Sequence record: PQ664488.1
DNA from: Obesumbacterium phage Ob_P
Length of the DNA stretch: 32,000 nt
Strand: one strand, 5' to 3'
Shown: positions 1-11,700 of the stretch, one piece after another
Layout: every line of letters begins with the position of its first letter
Position numbering within the stretch: the first letter of the stretch is position 1
Translations under genes and position numbers: made by a program
The notes under the pieces: model-generated
Seen by the model: only the letters and a program-made list of their open reading frames with translations
Databases searched by the model: none
What the model was told of the DNA's origin: nothing

Positions 1-2715
1 ACCACCAGCTGACCAAGCTACACAGTCCATACTAGTAACCCAATCAGTACCCCATTTAACTACCTTAAATACGTTAACAGCTGAATCAGTAGCAGGGGAT
101 TCTACTAGCATACCACAAGGTCTTGTTCTCCAATCTACCCAACCACCGGAAGCAACTAAACCACTAGCAAAACATCCTGTCTCACCTGTAGCAGTACCTT
201 CCATTCTTAACATTGGGGTGTTTGCAGGAGCATAAGAATTAAATCCTTGACTAACAACTAAACGTCCGTTTGGATTAAAAACAAACCAACCTTCCTGCCC
301 CTTACCACTATTAACTCTAATTTCCGCATTCTGTAGGGAGTCGCTACCCGTTCTACGCCCACCCATCTGCCACCAACCATTGTAGAAGTTTCCTTGTATT
401 AGGTTAACCCAGCCACCACCAGCACCATCATCAGCAACGTTACTAAGGTATATATCCTTATTACCTCCAGCTTGGGTAATACAACCTATTCTATTATTTT
501 GGTGAGCAGATATCCATCCAGTAGAGCTAACTCCACCAGTATATACATGTTCGGACCTTAGGGCATTAACATTAGTAAGGTTTCCATCCTCATCAATCTG
601 TAGATAGTGATTTTTCTCTCCACCCTCTATTTTACGAGTATGAATAGTAGTTTTTGCTTTACCATTCTGTACTTCATGGTATATACGTGATTGTGAGGTA
701 GTGGTCTCAGCACTATTAACTTTATTTAAGTTTAGTATACCACCATTACCATCACCCTCTATACCTACCACAAGATCTAAGTGTGCAAATCGGGGAGTTT
801 GGAGTTTACCAAGGCCAAGATTATTCCTAGCACCATCTACAGTAATAGCTCCAGTACCGCCACCAGAGACTGGTAGTCCAATACTTAAACCTTCGGTATT
901 TTGAAATCCTAATTCACCACTATTACCAACAACAAGCCTTGTGTTATCTGGAGCAGTAACAAGGGTAAATGTGTCAGCTTGTACCAAACGGTTAACTTTT
1001 AGGTTAGCTTTAGCCTCATCAACGCTAGCACCTCCCGTGCCTCCTTTAGTAACTGATAAGACACCAAGAGTATCGTCGTTTAAATCAGGCTTATTAGCTG
1101 TACCATATAAGATGTTAGTATGTACTGTAGGATTCTCTCCATCTAATATAGCATCGTTAATAGTACCAACAAATACAATACCACTGGAGTACTGGGGACA
1201 TATAAAGGAATGAGTATCTGAAGTTTTAGAATAGAAGCCAGCAGAATATGCAGGTAAACCCCCTATAGCTGTTTCATTTCTATAATATCCAGAACCAAAA
1301 GCTCTACATGCCTTGAAGAAAGATACCAAGTCAGGCTCATTTAAAGCAATCCCTGTGCCACCAAGACCAAAAGCACCACGTAATAAAACTTCACCATCAA
1401 CACCGTTCCATACGTTTTTATCCGCAGCATTACCTAAAGTAATAGTGCCGTCATCAGCAGGAGCTTTACCGTTGATCATAGTGATATAAGGAATTTGCTC
1501 TTTAATACTACCAGCATTTTCCTCACCTTTTGCCGCAGCACGGAATGCTTGTCCCTGCATCATATCAGGTAGACGGAAGGTAGTAGTACCATTACCAGTG
1601 GAGAAGTAGAGAGTTGCACCAGCTTGCCATTGTTCTTCTGTTACAGAAGGAATTAAACCAGCTTCAATAGCCTCCCAAGTATCTGGATAGTCTACACGAA
1701 GAACTTCACGACCATCTGCTGGAAGAACACCAGGATAACCAACACCTGAATCTTTATCATAAGGGAACCAAGTAACCTCACCTAACCACAGAGAAGGGTT
1801 ACCACCCGGAAGGGTAATCTGTACGTTACCTGCATCATCTGCATGAACGTTGTTAATAGAAACTAGCTTTTGCTCTGTCTCTACTAACTCTAGCACTGGA
1901 GCCTCAGCAGTTCCAGCTACTTTATACCATCCATATTTTGAGTCAGTTTGGTTCCACACTAGGATCTTTTCACCTAGTACACGATTACTAACATCAGCAT
2001 CAGCCTCTGACTTAGTTTTATAAACTTTAATGAAACCAGAAATATCTTCTTTATCAAGTTTACTATCAACCACTTGAGCTGCACGATCTGCTTCTGCTTT
2101 CGCACGATCTGCCTCAGTAGTAGCATTACCTGCTTGATTCCCTGCCTCTACTTCTGATGCCGCAGCATTAGTTTCAGAAGTCTTAGCATTTAATTCTGAT
2201 TGCTTTGCGGCAGCAGCATGTTCTCCAGCAGTTGTAGCGGAAGCCTCAGCATTGGTTTCAGCTGTTTCAGCCCCGGCTTTTGCAGTTTCTGCAGCTACTT
2301 GAGCTTGTTGAGCAGCAGTTTTAGCCTGTTCAGCTAACTTACGGCTTTGCTCAGCATTTTGAGCAGCAAGTTCAGCAGAATCACGGAATCCTTTGGATTC
2401 CTCTGCTGAAATAGCAGAAGCATCAGCACTACCTTTTGATAGGCCAGCTTGTCTTTCTGCCTCAGTAGCAGAAGCTGCTGATTGAGTAGCAGAGGTTTCA
2501 GCAGATCCAGCAGAAATAGCAGCATCATTTTCAGAATCTTTTGCTGCCGCAGCAGAAGCAGCAGAGGCTTCTACAGCAGCAGTTAATTCACCAGCAGTAA
2601 TAGAACTAATAGAATTACCTAAAACTACTGTATATTTAGGATACTTACTAGCAGTAGTTGTAGTGTCATCTATGTTCAGAATCTGCTGTACAATAATTTT
2701 AGTTTTAAGTGCCAT
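1..2715 (-). CDS. ltf: L-shaped/side tail fibre (T5 pb1-like), N-terminal ~905 codons, runs off the left edge
   Basis: Manual minus-strand reading from ATG at 2715 (overlaps the stop of the upstream gene as TAATG): MALKTKIVVQQILNIDDTTTTASKYPKYTVVLG..., then an Ala-rich heptad segment (AETAETNAEASATTAGEHAAAAKQSELNAKTSE...), then a tail-collar-like segment (PGVLPADGREVLR...FRLPDMMQG). Not in the supplied ORF track because it is open at the edge. Confidence 0.85.
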   Translation of the reverse strand, partial: MALKTKIIVQQILNIDDTTTTASKYPKYTVVLGNSISSITAGELTAAVEASAASAAAAKDSENDAAISAGSAETSATQSAASATEAERQAGLSKGSADASAISAEESKGFRDSAELAAQNAEQSRKLAEQAKTAAQQAQVAAETAKAGAETAETNAEASATTAGEHAAAAKQSELNAKTSETNAAASEVEAGNQAGNATTEADRAKAEADRAAQVVDSKLDKEDISGFIKVYKTKSEADADVSNRVLGEKILVWNQTDSKYGWYKVAGTAEAPVLELVETEQKLVSINNVHADDAGNVQITLPGGNPSLWLGEVTWFPYDKDSGVGYPGVLPADGREVLRVDYPDTWEAIEAGLIPSVTEEQWQAGATLYFSTGNGTTTFRLPDMMQGQAFRAAAKGEENAGSIKEQIPYITMINGKAPADDGTITLGNAADKNVWNGVDGEVLLRGAFGLGGTGIALNEPDLVSFFKACRAFGSGYYRNETAIGGLPAYSAGFYSKTSDTHSFICPQYSSGIVFVGTINDAILDGENPTVHTNILYGTANKPDLNDDTLGVLSVTKGGTGGASVDEAKANLKVNRLVQADTFTLVTAPDNTRLVVGNSGELGFQNTEGLSIGLPVSGGGTGAITVDGARNNLGLGKLQTPRFAHLDLVVGIEGDGNGGILNLNKVNSAETTTSQSRIYHEVQNGKAKTTIHTRKIEGGEKNHYLQIDEDGNLTNVNALRSEHVYTGGVSSTGWISAHQNNRIGCITQAGGNKDIYLSNVADDGAGGGWVNLIQGNFYNGWWQMGGRRTGSDSLQNAEIRVNSGKGQEGWFVFNPNGRLVVSQGFNSYAPANTPMLRMEGTATGETGCFASGLVASGGWVDWRTRPCGMLVESPATDSAVNVFKVVKWGTDWVTSMDCVAWSAGG

Positions 2716-3137
2716 TATTGAGTTACTCCATCGCTGATGTATACTTTACCTTCCATAATACGGAAAGAACTGACTTCAGAGCCAATTACATCACGAGTCA
2801 TTAGGATATCATAATAACCAGCAAAACGTTGTCTTGGGTTATACTTATCACGTTCTTTAGATGCTTTTTCACCAATATTAGTAACGTCTGCAACGGAAAG
2901 ACTAATTGCAGCAGCACCTTGAGCAGCATCAATAACACGAGTTTTAAAGTTAGCTAGAACCTCGGCGTTCTCATCTAAACTAGATTTAATAGTTCCTCGG
3001 AGTGAATACCCCGTCAAGTTAACAGGAACTTCTGTTGGTGGATATACACTATCATCAACATCCATAAATTGCATGATAAGACCATAAGGTACTTTTTCAT
3101 CAACAACAATATCAATAACTCGGTTTTCTGTACTCAT
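2715..3137 (-). CDS. Tail fibre attachment/collar protein, T5 p132-like (140 aa)
   Basis: 140 aa ORF between the fibre and pb4-like genes; position and size match T5 p132 as recalled. Confidence 0.7.
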   Translation of the reverse strand: MSTENRVIDIVVDEKVPYGLIMQFMDVDDSVYPPTEVPVNLTGYSLRGTIKSSLDENAEVLANFKTRVIDAAQGAAAISLSVADVTNIGEKASKERDKYNPRQRFAGYYDILMTRDVIGSEVSSFRIMEGKVYISDGVTQ

Positions 3138-3142
3138 TATAA

Positions 3143-5200
3143 TTACCTTATATGGATATACCCACTATTTAGGTCTATCTTCATCTTGTAGTATGCTTCA
3201 GGGTTCCCTGATAATGCAGCATTTCTATCGTAGATTATATTAACACCGATTTGCGATAAGAAGGCATTTCCTGCCACAATCTTATCTGCAGTAACAGTCC
3301 CATTAACAATCATATTGCCATGAAGAACCATTGCAGGGTTAATCCATCCAGCTCCGTTCCATTGACGGGTAAATGCTGTTTGCGGAGCATTACTGTTAAA
3401 TTGTGTTAGAACATCATACTTAACCGGAGGTTTTCCAAAGTTATTTTGGAAGAATGCGTTAGCTTGTCCATCATCCCAACCACCTAGTCCAGGAATACCC
3501 ATGGAGTACATCCCAGGACCACGCTGTCCATCATGTCCTATAGTACCTTCAGTACCACTCCACTGAACTACATCAGACCAGCTAGTACCTTCAAGAAGTT
3601 TGTTAGTAACTGGATCAAGTGTACCTGTAGTCGCATAGATATTTTGTGTCATATCTGTACGGTTAGGTGGAGTTTTTGACCAACCAGGAGGCGGATAATC
3701 TTGTTCTAGCGGTTTGGCCGGTAAAGATGTTGCTAACTTATAAACAAATACTGTTTGCTTACCTTGTAAACCAGTTCCAATATCTACGTCACCATTTGGC
3801 GTTCCAATTACTACACCACTAGAGATGCGCAGAGTAGTACCATCATAACGTATCCATTGTGTAGCATTACCAATGTCTAGTTTCGCTTTGGCAGAGGTAT
3901 TATCCATACCCATCCAAATACCAGAGTTATTATCTCCCCAAGATTTACCTTGAGTGTAAATTGCTGGATTATCTTTACCAGACAAGTTAGTCATGATAAA
4001 GTTCGCAGCATTAATATCTCTAGTAATTACTTTACCATCAACGTTAACAACACGATTTATAGGGTCGAAAGAAATAGGTGCTTTTCCTTCTTCATCGAGC
4101 AGACCAATGTTAATAGCACCAGTAGCTGCATCAATTAAGAATGTCTGTCTCCAGATTTCCCCATCTTTCATACTACCCTTAATAAAGGCATAGTTAACAT
4201 CAATACCCGTCTCATTGACAAAACTGTTATCTAGAGGAGTATCCTCATTCAGAATAAATGTTACAGGAGCTGATTCTGTTATATCTTGCTTATTTGGTCC
4301 CCAGGCAATTGATGAAACCTTAAAGGTATGTTCAACTTTCCATGGGAATGATATAATTGTTGCAGCTCTAGCAGCACCCACGTTTATCTTTTGAGCTTTA
4401 GCCCAGCCAGTCTTAGCGTATTCCTCGGAATTTATATAAGTAACCAAGAACTCACGAACGTTAGCACCAGCACCGCGTTTCCAATCCCACTCAATTCTAA
4501 CATCATATCGTTCTTTACCATCAGCAATTCGTGCAGCTTTAAAAACAATATCGATAGGTGCAGTAGGAGGAACAAAATTATAAGCTACAGTTAGAATATT
4601 AGGGAACTCATAGTAACCAGAAGAATCAACTGTAACACCATCAGGCATAGTTACTTGACCAGATATTCTGATCTTATAATCTCCTATAGGAACTCCACCA
4701 AATTTAATAGTAGAACCTAAAGCCCCAATGTAATACTTAGTCCAAGGACTATCTTCCGTGGCTGTACTTTTTAACTCAATAGTACAGTAACTTGCTTCAC
4801 CAGTAGTTTCCACAACAACTATCGGTGCGCCCACCCCAACATCCACTGGTTCTGACTCAGACCTTACTGTAACAATTATTGGCTTCTCTTTTGTTTTAAA
4901 GTTAGTTTCATTAGAGAGGTTAATACCAATTTTTGCATTTAAAAGTTCTGAGTCAATAATTGAGTCATAAAAAGCTCCCTGAACCTGATAGGTAGTTGAG
5001 GGAGTTAAGTTATTGATCATAACAAAGAAAGTGTCGATTCCAGTGAAATCTCTTCTATCCACTTCTTCGCCAAGTTTAAGCCAGAATGATCTACCGATAA
5101 CATCGTAGTCGGTATAGATAGAATGCTGGATATACGCCATAGTATATCCAGTCATAATACTATTTAAGACCATCTTGGCTGGTGCATTATTCGAAATCAT
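3143..5200 (-). CDS. Baseplate hub/central straight fibre protein, T5 pb4-like (685 aa), FN3-like segments
   Basis: 685 aa ORF with FN3-like repeats ([18 protein letters not shown]...) and a J-like C-terminus; directly follows the 949 aa ORF. Confidence 0.8.
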   Translation of the reverse strand: MISNNAPAKMVLNSIMTGYTMAYIQHSIYTDYDVIGRSFWLKLGEEVDRRDFTGIDTFFVMINNLTPSTTYQVQGAFYDSIIDSELLNAKIGINLSNETNFKTKEKPIIVTVRSESEPVDVGVGAPIVVVETTGEASYCTIELKSTATEDSPWTKYYIGALGSTIKFGGVPIGDYKIRISGQVTMPDGVTVDSSGYYEFPNILTVAYNFVPPTAPIDIVFKAARIADGKERYDVRIEWDWKRGAGANVREFLVTYINSEEYAKTGWAKAQKINVGAARAATIISFPWKVEHTFKVSSIAWGPNKQDITESAPVTFILNEDTPLDNSFVNETGIDVNYAFIKGSMKDGEIWRQTFLIDAATGAINIGLLDEEGKAPISFDPINRVVNVDGKVITRDINAANFIMTNLSGKDNPAIYTQGKSWGDNNSGIWMGMDNTSAKAKLDIGNATQWIRYDGTTLRISSGVVIGTPNGDVDIGTGLQGKQTVFVYKLATSLPAKPLEQDYPPPGWSKTPPNRTDMTQNIYATTGTLDPVTNKLLEGTSWSDVVQWSGTEGTIGHDGQRGPGMYSMGIPGLGGWDDGQANAFFQNNFGKPPVKYDVLTQFNSNAPQTAFTRQWNGAGWINPAMVLHGNMIVNGTVTADKIVAGNAFLSQIGVNIIYDRNAALSGNPEAYYKMKIDLNSGYIHIR

Positions 5201-8050
5201 TTAAATAGATGCCCAATCCACAGATTGCTCGCCATTATCACCTTCTGCTCTTATACGGAAGCGTAACTTCCTATTAATACCTAGAGCATCCTCGTTATGA
5301 AGAGCATAGTCTGCCTTATTGTATATCAGTAGATAATCGTAGACATACTGATCTTCAATTCGTACACTTCTTAATAAACGATCTAGGTTATCGTAGATTT
5401 CGAGAGTGTAGAAGATTCCATCAATGATATCTTCTTCTGGAATTCTATCCCAGGCCAACTTAACGTCTGGTCCTACAAACTCCGATGCATCTCCTGAAGC
5501 TGTGTTAGTAACCCTGAAATTACTAACGACGCTTAAGTTTTTAGCAGAGTTAAGTTCTACCGATAGTGTTACAGGAGAACTTCGTCTACCATTAATATCT
5601 ACAGCTCTAATCTCAAAGACTGCTAAACCAGCAGGTTCTCCAATAATTTCTTGGATCATTCGTAGATTTGGATTAGTTTCTAGTTGCTGTACGATATAAG
5701 GATCAGCATGTCCAGAATGAACGATGGAGTAATAAACAACGTTATTAGTTAAGCTAGGAAGCCAAGATAGCTCACCATTCTTACCAATAGATCCTACTTG
5801 TCCACCCGGTGTTGGTGTGTACATAAAGTCTCTAGGAGGCAGTACGTTATTACTAACATCAGGGATATCGTTACCACTATTATCAACCTGCTCGGAGTTA
5901 ATGAATACATCCTCACCATACTCTTGCAGTGTAATATTAATCTTACCTTCTCTAGAGTTTTCAACTTCATCAACTAGGAAGTATTTCTTATCCCAACCAT
6001 AACGACTATATGTAAAAGCAACCGGATCGTTAGGCTCAATACCTATGAAATGATATGGTAATGAGAATGTGAGAGTTCGTGAGTAACGAGATTTTTTCAG
6101 TTCTCTATCTGCAAAGCTACGTGCAGTATAATAGTTAGTGATGTTTGCAAAAGAAAGCTGAAGTTTTTTATCTAATCCTTTATCTTGTTCTTTAAATATA
6201 GAGTTAAAGAATGTAATGGAGTTAGTTTTCCAGCTTAATGCAGGGTCTAATATGGAGGCTTGTACTGAGTTGAACTTATTTCTGCCCGTAGTATCTGACA
6301 GCTCCAGATCACCGTAGGTATCTAAGAAGTCAATCTCTAGTGGAGTATTTGAGAACTTCTCAACAGTTATCCTATACTGTCCAGATAAGTTGTTGATAGC
6401 ACCACCATAAGACTCTATTAATCCCTGAACATTTTTAAATACTGACTCAGAGGTATCCAGAATAGTGTTCATTTGGACTATTTGTCTATTCTCTCCTACA
6501 GCATCAGTCCATCCAACGTATCTCCAATAGGGTTGCCAAGAAACCTGATAGGATTCATCAATGATATCCAGAATAGCGGCTTCTTGAATAAGTTGCTGGA
6601 GAGGGAACTGATCGATAGTGATATTAGCACCATAGCGATCAGAGGTTAGGTAGTCCAGAGTTTGCCAGATACCATTTAAGCTAGTCTTATCAGCAGTTAC
6701 TCTACCATCTGAATGATAGATCTTAATCTTCTTACCTTGAACTTCTGCACTAACTTCTGGAATTTCTGTTCTGTTTTCATTAATAGTAAAGCGAACTATA
6801 GCATAAGCAGTATCTAACAGTTTATAACGAGAGTCCCAGTATTCCGGTCCATTCTCATTCATGTTCTGTAAATAGAAACCTTTCTCTTTTGCAATGTTAA
6901 CTAGAACATCAGCAGCAGATTGATCAGCCTTACCATGATAAGTCCAGATACGGATATCACCATTACCATCATTATACTTATATTCCTGCCCATGAACAGA
7001 AGGTTCAGAGCTTGGTTGACCAGAAGCAATACGTTGCATGGTATCACCAGCTACTTTCTTAGTACCAAAGCAAGTACGAGACTTACTATCATTAGGATCA
7101 ATACAGATCATTGGTACATCACCAAAGTAAAAATCTAGGAACCCATCAATCTCACCCTCACAGAAAGCGTATACTACATATACGATATTAGGATTATGCA
7201 GTTCAGTATCTGCAAATACTGGGATTCCAGGAATTTTCTGAACTCCATATACTACTGGCAGGAATTTAGCAGCTAAGTTAAAATCAAGATCTACTTCCTT
7301 AGTTACAGTCTCATAGTATTTCTTTAGACTATAGCTTCTAGAAAGACCAAATAATTTTTTCTTAGATTGTAACTTATAACGTTCTTCCTGAACCTGATAC
7401 TTAGCAAGAATAGAGATACTCTTGTTAGCGTGGAAGAACCCGTAGTCTTCTTGATATTCAGGTCGCTTAGCACCATTAGACGGAACTAATTGGCCGGCAA
7501 CAATCTCAAGCCCCCTATGGTCAGCATCATCTGTGAAACGTCCATTTACTCTATCAAAGTCATAGAATTGGTTTGAACAGTTCCATGTAATAACGGATGT
7601 ACTAACTCCAGAAGTACCAATGTTATCCTTAATACCACCACCAGTAATTTTACCACGGAAGTAAAGTAAAGGACCATTAGTGTCTGGATCTACAGGAAGA
7701 ATGTTACCTTCTTCATCAATAACCGCTTGATGGATTGAAATAGATCTATCTAGGAAGGATACACCATTTTGGACTAGTTTTAATACTTCATCCTCAGCAG
7801 TACCTGTGATAGTAAAAGAAAGGCTACCAATGGAAAGTTTTCTATTTTGTTTATGTGTTGTTATAGACTTAACTTTACCGGATGTGTAAAGAATACCATT
7901 ATAAATTACATCCCTAAAATAGTCTGTAAGATAAATGTATGCAGAACTTGATCCGGTAGAGCTTGGCAATTCAAGAGTAATAAGGCATGCAGTTTTTATT
8001 TTATTATTAGTTCTTAAATACTCTCTTGCACTGTCAAGAATTTTCTTCAT
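5201..8050 (-). CDS. Baseplate hub protein, T5 pb3-like (949 aa)
   Basis: 949 aa ORF, size as recalled for T5 pb3; FN3-like C-terminal half; 4-nt overlap with the upstream gene. Confidence 0.85.
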   Translation of the reverse strand: MKKILDSAREYLRTNNKIKTACLITLELPSSTGSSSAYIYLTDYFRDVIYNGILYTSGKVKSITTHKQNRKLSIGSLSFTITGTAEDEVLKLVQNGVSFLDRSISIHQAVIDEEGNILPVDPDTNGPLLYFRGKITGGGIKDNIGTSGVSTSVITWNCSNQFYDFDRVNGRFTDDADHRGLEIVAGQLVPSNGAKRPEYQEDYGFFHANKSISILAKYQVQEERYKLQSKKKLFGLSRSYSLKKYYETVTKEVDLDFNLAAKFLPVVYGVQKIPGIPVFADTELHNPNIVYVVYAFCEGEIDGFLDFYFGDVPMICIDPNDSKSRTCFGTKKVAGDTMQRIASGQPSSEPSVHGQEYKYNDGNGDIRIWTYHGKADQSAADVLVNIAKEKGFYLQNMNENGPEYWDSRYKLLDTAYAIVRFTINENRTEIPEVSAEVQGKKIKIYHSDGRVTADKTSLNGIWQTLDYLTSDRYGANITIDQFPLQQLIQEAAILDIIDESYQVSWQPYWRYVGWTDAVGENRQIVQMNTILDTSESVFKNVQGLIESYGGAINNLSGQYRITVEKFSNTPLEIDFLDTYGDLELSDTTGRNKFNSVQASILDPALSWKTNSITFFNSIFKEQDKGLDKKLQLSFANITNYYTARSFADRELKKSRYSRTLTFSLPYHFIGIEPNDPVAFTYSRYGWDKKYFLVDEVENSREGKINITLQEYGEDVFINSEQVDNSGNDIPDVSNNVLPPRDFMYTPTPGGQVGSIGKNGELSWLPSLTNNVVYYSIVHSGHADPYIVQQLETNPNLRMIQEIIGEPAGLAVFEIRAVDINGRRSSPVTLSVELNSAKNLSVVSNFRVTNTASGDASEFVGPDVKLAWDRIPEEDIIDGIFYTLEIYDNLDRLLRSVRIEDQYVYDYLLIYNKADYALHNEDALGINRKLRFRIRAEGDNGEQSVDWASI

Positions 8051-8661
8051 AGACTTTCCCTCAAGGAAAGTGAAATACCAGTATATGTACCATTACTATT
8101 TAACGTAGAGCCGAAGCTGTCTCCGTTCATTAATTTAGTTCTAAATAGAATACCATTAAATACCGGTTTCTCACTACCCGTAGTAGTAATGAATAGATCA
8201 GGGTAAATACTTATATTCCAAGTATTTCCTGCTGTGTTGATAGAAGTGATTTTATACACTTTTGGATGATTGGACAACTTAAATAAATCGCCTGGTTTAG
8301 GCAGTCCACGAAGTGTACCTTTAGTGTCCATAATAACTGTTGAACCTTTTTGTCCAGCAGGAATATTTACAGCACTAGTATCACCACGAACTCGGAAGGC
8401 TTCATATTGTGGTAATAACACATCAATATAGCTACCTGTTCTTTTATAATCTAGAATGAATGAGTCTAATTTAGCAAATTCATCTGGGAATAATTCTGGA
8501 TAAGAGATATTAATACCCCAATATTGAGCAGACACCTTAACCTCCCTAACTTTACCATTAGGTAATTCATCACGAATCATAGGGTCATTGTCTACTAAGT
8601 TAACGCTTTCAAAACCTAACCCTGATAGCTCTGGGTTCGTGTATGGGTCTGGTAGTCTCAT
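8047..8661 (-). CDS. Distal tail protein, T5 pb9-like (204 aa)
   Basis: 204 aa ORF between tape measure and hub gene, matching T5 pb9 in length and synteny. Confidence 0.8.
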   Translation of the reverse strand: MRLPDPYTNPELSGLGFESVNLVDNDPMIRDELPNGKVREVKVSAQYWGINISYPELFPDEFAKLDSFILDYKRTGSYIDVLLPQYEAFRVRGDTSAVNIPAGQKGSTVIMDTKGTLRGLPKPGDLFKLSNHPKVYKITSINTAGNTWNISIYPDLFITTTGSEKPVFNGILFRTKLMNGDSFGSTLNSNGTYTGISLSLRESL

Positions 8662-8742
8662 AGTTAATTTCTCCTCTTAATAACAATATTATAATAGGAT
8701 TGGAAAATTTTATCAAGAAATTTTTATTTTTCCATAAAGAAA

Positions 8743-8763
8743 AGGAGGACATAAAGTCCTCCT
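8743..8763 (-). terminator. Rho-independent terminator after the tape measure gene
   Basis: Minus strand AGGAGGAC-TTTAT-GTCCTCCT followed by TTTTCTTT, just past the stop at 8770. Confidence 0.8.
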
Positions 8764-8769
8764 CCAGTA

Positions 8770-11700
8770 TTAAGAATTACCAAGTGATTTCAGGGTGGTT
8801 CCATTCTCATTAAGAGCCTGTTCCACGGCATCCCTGAAAGCAGCACTGTTGCTCGAAGCAAAGTCTCGGAAGCTAGCCGCATCCATCGTACTGATGTTCA
8901 GCACAATAGGTCTACCCGATGTACCCTTTGAAGATCCTTTGAGTTCATCAGTAGGAGTAGCCTTCATCGGAACCATAGGAGTGATTACTTCGGTACCATG
9001 CTCACCCATCTGGTAACTAACTCCAGGATACATATTACCACCTTCTGCACGAGGTACGAAAGAGTTAGCATTACCAATCCCTTGATCACCTCGAATATAA
9101 GAAAGTTCTCCTGCGTTAGCCGACATAGAAACGTCTACGTTCTTCTGGCGCTCTCCAAGAGTTAAGTAACCAGCTGTCTCAGCACCAGAGTCCCCAATAG
9201 AAGACATACCAGATGCAGAGGATGCTTGAGCAAGAGCCATAGCACCTGCTAAACCAGCCGCAACCATCAGAGGAATAGAGAATGGATACGGAACAGCTGT
9301 TGCTGCCTGCATCACCGCTACTGCCGTCTGGATAATGATTTGCTTCTTAGCCGCATCTTGCTGGATCTTGAGCTTTTCAGCCTCTAACTTCTTGATCTTA
9401 GCTTTGGATTGCTCAGATTTACCATCACGTTTCTGTTCTGCTGCAATAGCTGCATCAATAGCACTTACCTGTTGACCAACACTATACTGAATCATTGAAG
9501 ATACAGTTTGCATACCCGCCGCTACTAGAGAAGTGGTATCCAGAGATCCTTGAGAGAACTGGATCATAGCGTTAGTTAGGTTACCCATGCTTTGTGCTAC
9601 AGCAGTTGCTTCGGAGTTCAGCTCAGACAGCTTAGAAATAGCCTGGTCGTAGGATGCCATTCTATTCTGCATATCTGCGAAGTTTTTATCTTCTCCAGTT
9701 AATCCAGTAGTAGGAGTATACGTAGCCCCTACAGCTGCACCTACAGAAGACTGCATTTCTGCATCACGCTGTACTCTTAGAGCCGCAAGCTGGGCTCTAG
9801 TTTCTGCTAGCTTTTTGTTATATTCTAGCTGAGCAGCAGCATTCCCTAAAGTTTTTTGCTTAAGGTCTTCGAATAGCTGGATTTGCTCCTTGATACGTTC
9901 CGCAGCTCCCATTAAAGGATTTGCAGTAAATTTTCTTTGTTGCTCCTCCTCCCTGCCAGCAGCCATTTCCCTTTGCTGATCCTGACGGAATTTCCATATT
10001 TCACGTTCAATTTGTGCCTGAGCACGTCTTGATTGTTCAGCTTCCTTATGCTTATCAACCTGTTTGGAGTACCATTCATACTTTTCTTTCTCGACAGTCA
10101 GTTCAAGGTTCAACTGAGCTAAACGATATTGAGTATCTGTCATAGTACGGTTATTCAGGAGAGCAATTTCACGATCAACACCAAGAATCTTATCGGTATA
10201 ATCCTTAACCTTCTTCTGAGCTTCCATACCCTGGTTAGTGATCTTGATACGTTCTAACTGAATCTTAGCTATCTCACCTTCGATTGCTTTGTTACCCTTG
10301 TTAGTTTCTAGGACACGCTTAAGAGCTGCTTCCTGTTCTTCTAACTGTTGGATTTCCAGACGTCTACCAGCTTCCTGAGCTTTCTCTTTGTCCTTAGTCT
10401 GGTTGTACACTTCGGCAATCTTCTGCTGAACTTCTAACTGATTCTTAGTCTCATTACCCGTTAATTTTACGTAACCAGCAAGAGCTTGTGAAGCAGTCTT
10501 CATCTCACTAAGAGTATTATACCCTAAGTTCAGGCTCTTAACATACTCATCAGCATTTTTACCAGTACCAGCAGATAGAGACTCAATAGTCTTAATCGTA
10601 TCTGATAGGGATGCACTAGTTTTAGCCGCAGTATTAGTATTCTGAGCGATGTTCTGGATATCGTTAGCTAAATCACTAGCAGTTTTCTTAGCCTGATCAT
10701 ATGCTTTCTGCTGTTCTGTCAGTCCTTTCAGAGTTGCAGAGTTAAAGTCATAAACCGCATCAGGGTCATTCATATCCTTCTGCAGATTAATCTGCTTCTG
10801 GAATTCTGGATTAGCCTTAGCAGCCGCAGCACCAGCAGCTTGATATGCAGACTTCCATGCACCTAAGTTATCAGTTGAATCAGTAACTTCCTTATCCAAA
10901 CGTTCTACTTGGAGTGCCATAGCCGCAGTTTCAGCTACGAACTTCTTGTTTTCCTCCGAAGCACCAAGAGCCGCAGCACTTACCGGAACACCTTGAGCCA
11001 CAGAACGAATTGCACCTGCAGTAAAGAAGTCAGCCTGTTCCATACGCTTATCTAGATCAGCTTTTAACTTATTACGCTTTTCTAGAGATTCTTTATACAT
11101 ATCAAGCGCTTTATTATATCCTTCCTCAGAAGCGGAAAGACTTAAAGCTACAGCACCAACATTAGTTGGGTCAATCTGACGGTTAGTTTCTTCCTGTGCT
11201 CTAGCAGCAGAAGCCGAGATAGATGCTTGAGAAGTATAGAATACTGCGTTGATAGAATCAATTACCGGCCCTAAATACTTAGCAGCAGCCTGTTGAACCT
11301 TTCTCAGGGCAGCATCAGCATTAGCAGCAAACTGTTCCCATGGAGTTGCACGAAGTACGTCATCCAAGTAGCCGAAACGTTTAGTAGATTCAGCGATTAC
11401 TGCGTTAGCATATGCTTGTTGCTTTTGGAAAGTGGAAAGACTATTGACGTTATACGTAATACCTGTGTTAGCAGCATTTAACTGTTTAACGTAGTCAGCG
11501 TAAGCATCATTAAGACGAATAGTAACACCAAGTTCGTCCAGAAGTTCGATTTCTTGTTTGGATACACCCTTGATTACACGGTTAAGTGCATCAGTCATAT
11601 CAACACCAAGAACAGCAGCAGCACGACGAGCTACTAGACCAAATTTATTAAGTTGTTCAGCATCGAATCCGTATGCAGAAGCAGAGGATGCCTGTCTCAT

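Noticed and set aside
2334-2528. 64 aa Leu-rich minus-strand ORF
   Set aside because: Alternate frame of the Ala-rich repeats of the tail fibre gene.
3950-7138. Several 60-90 aa plus-strand ORFs (e.g. 3993..4193, 5424..5699, 6920..7138)
   Set aside because: Antisense shadows inside the pb4- and pb3-like genes, no Shine-Dalgarno or family features recognised.
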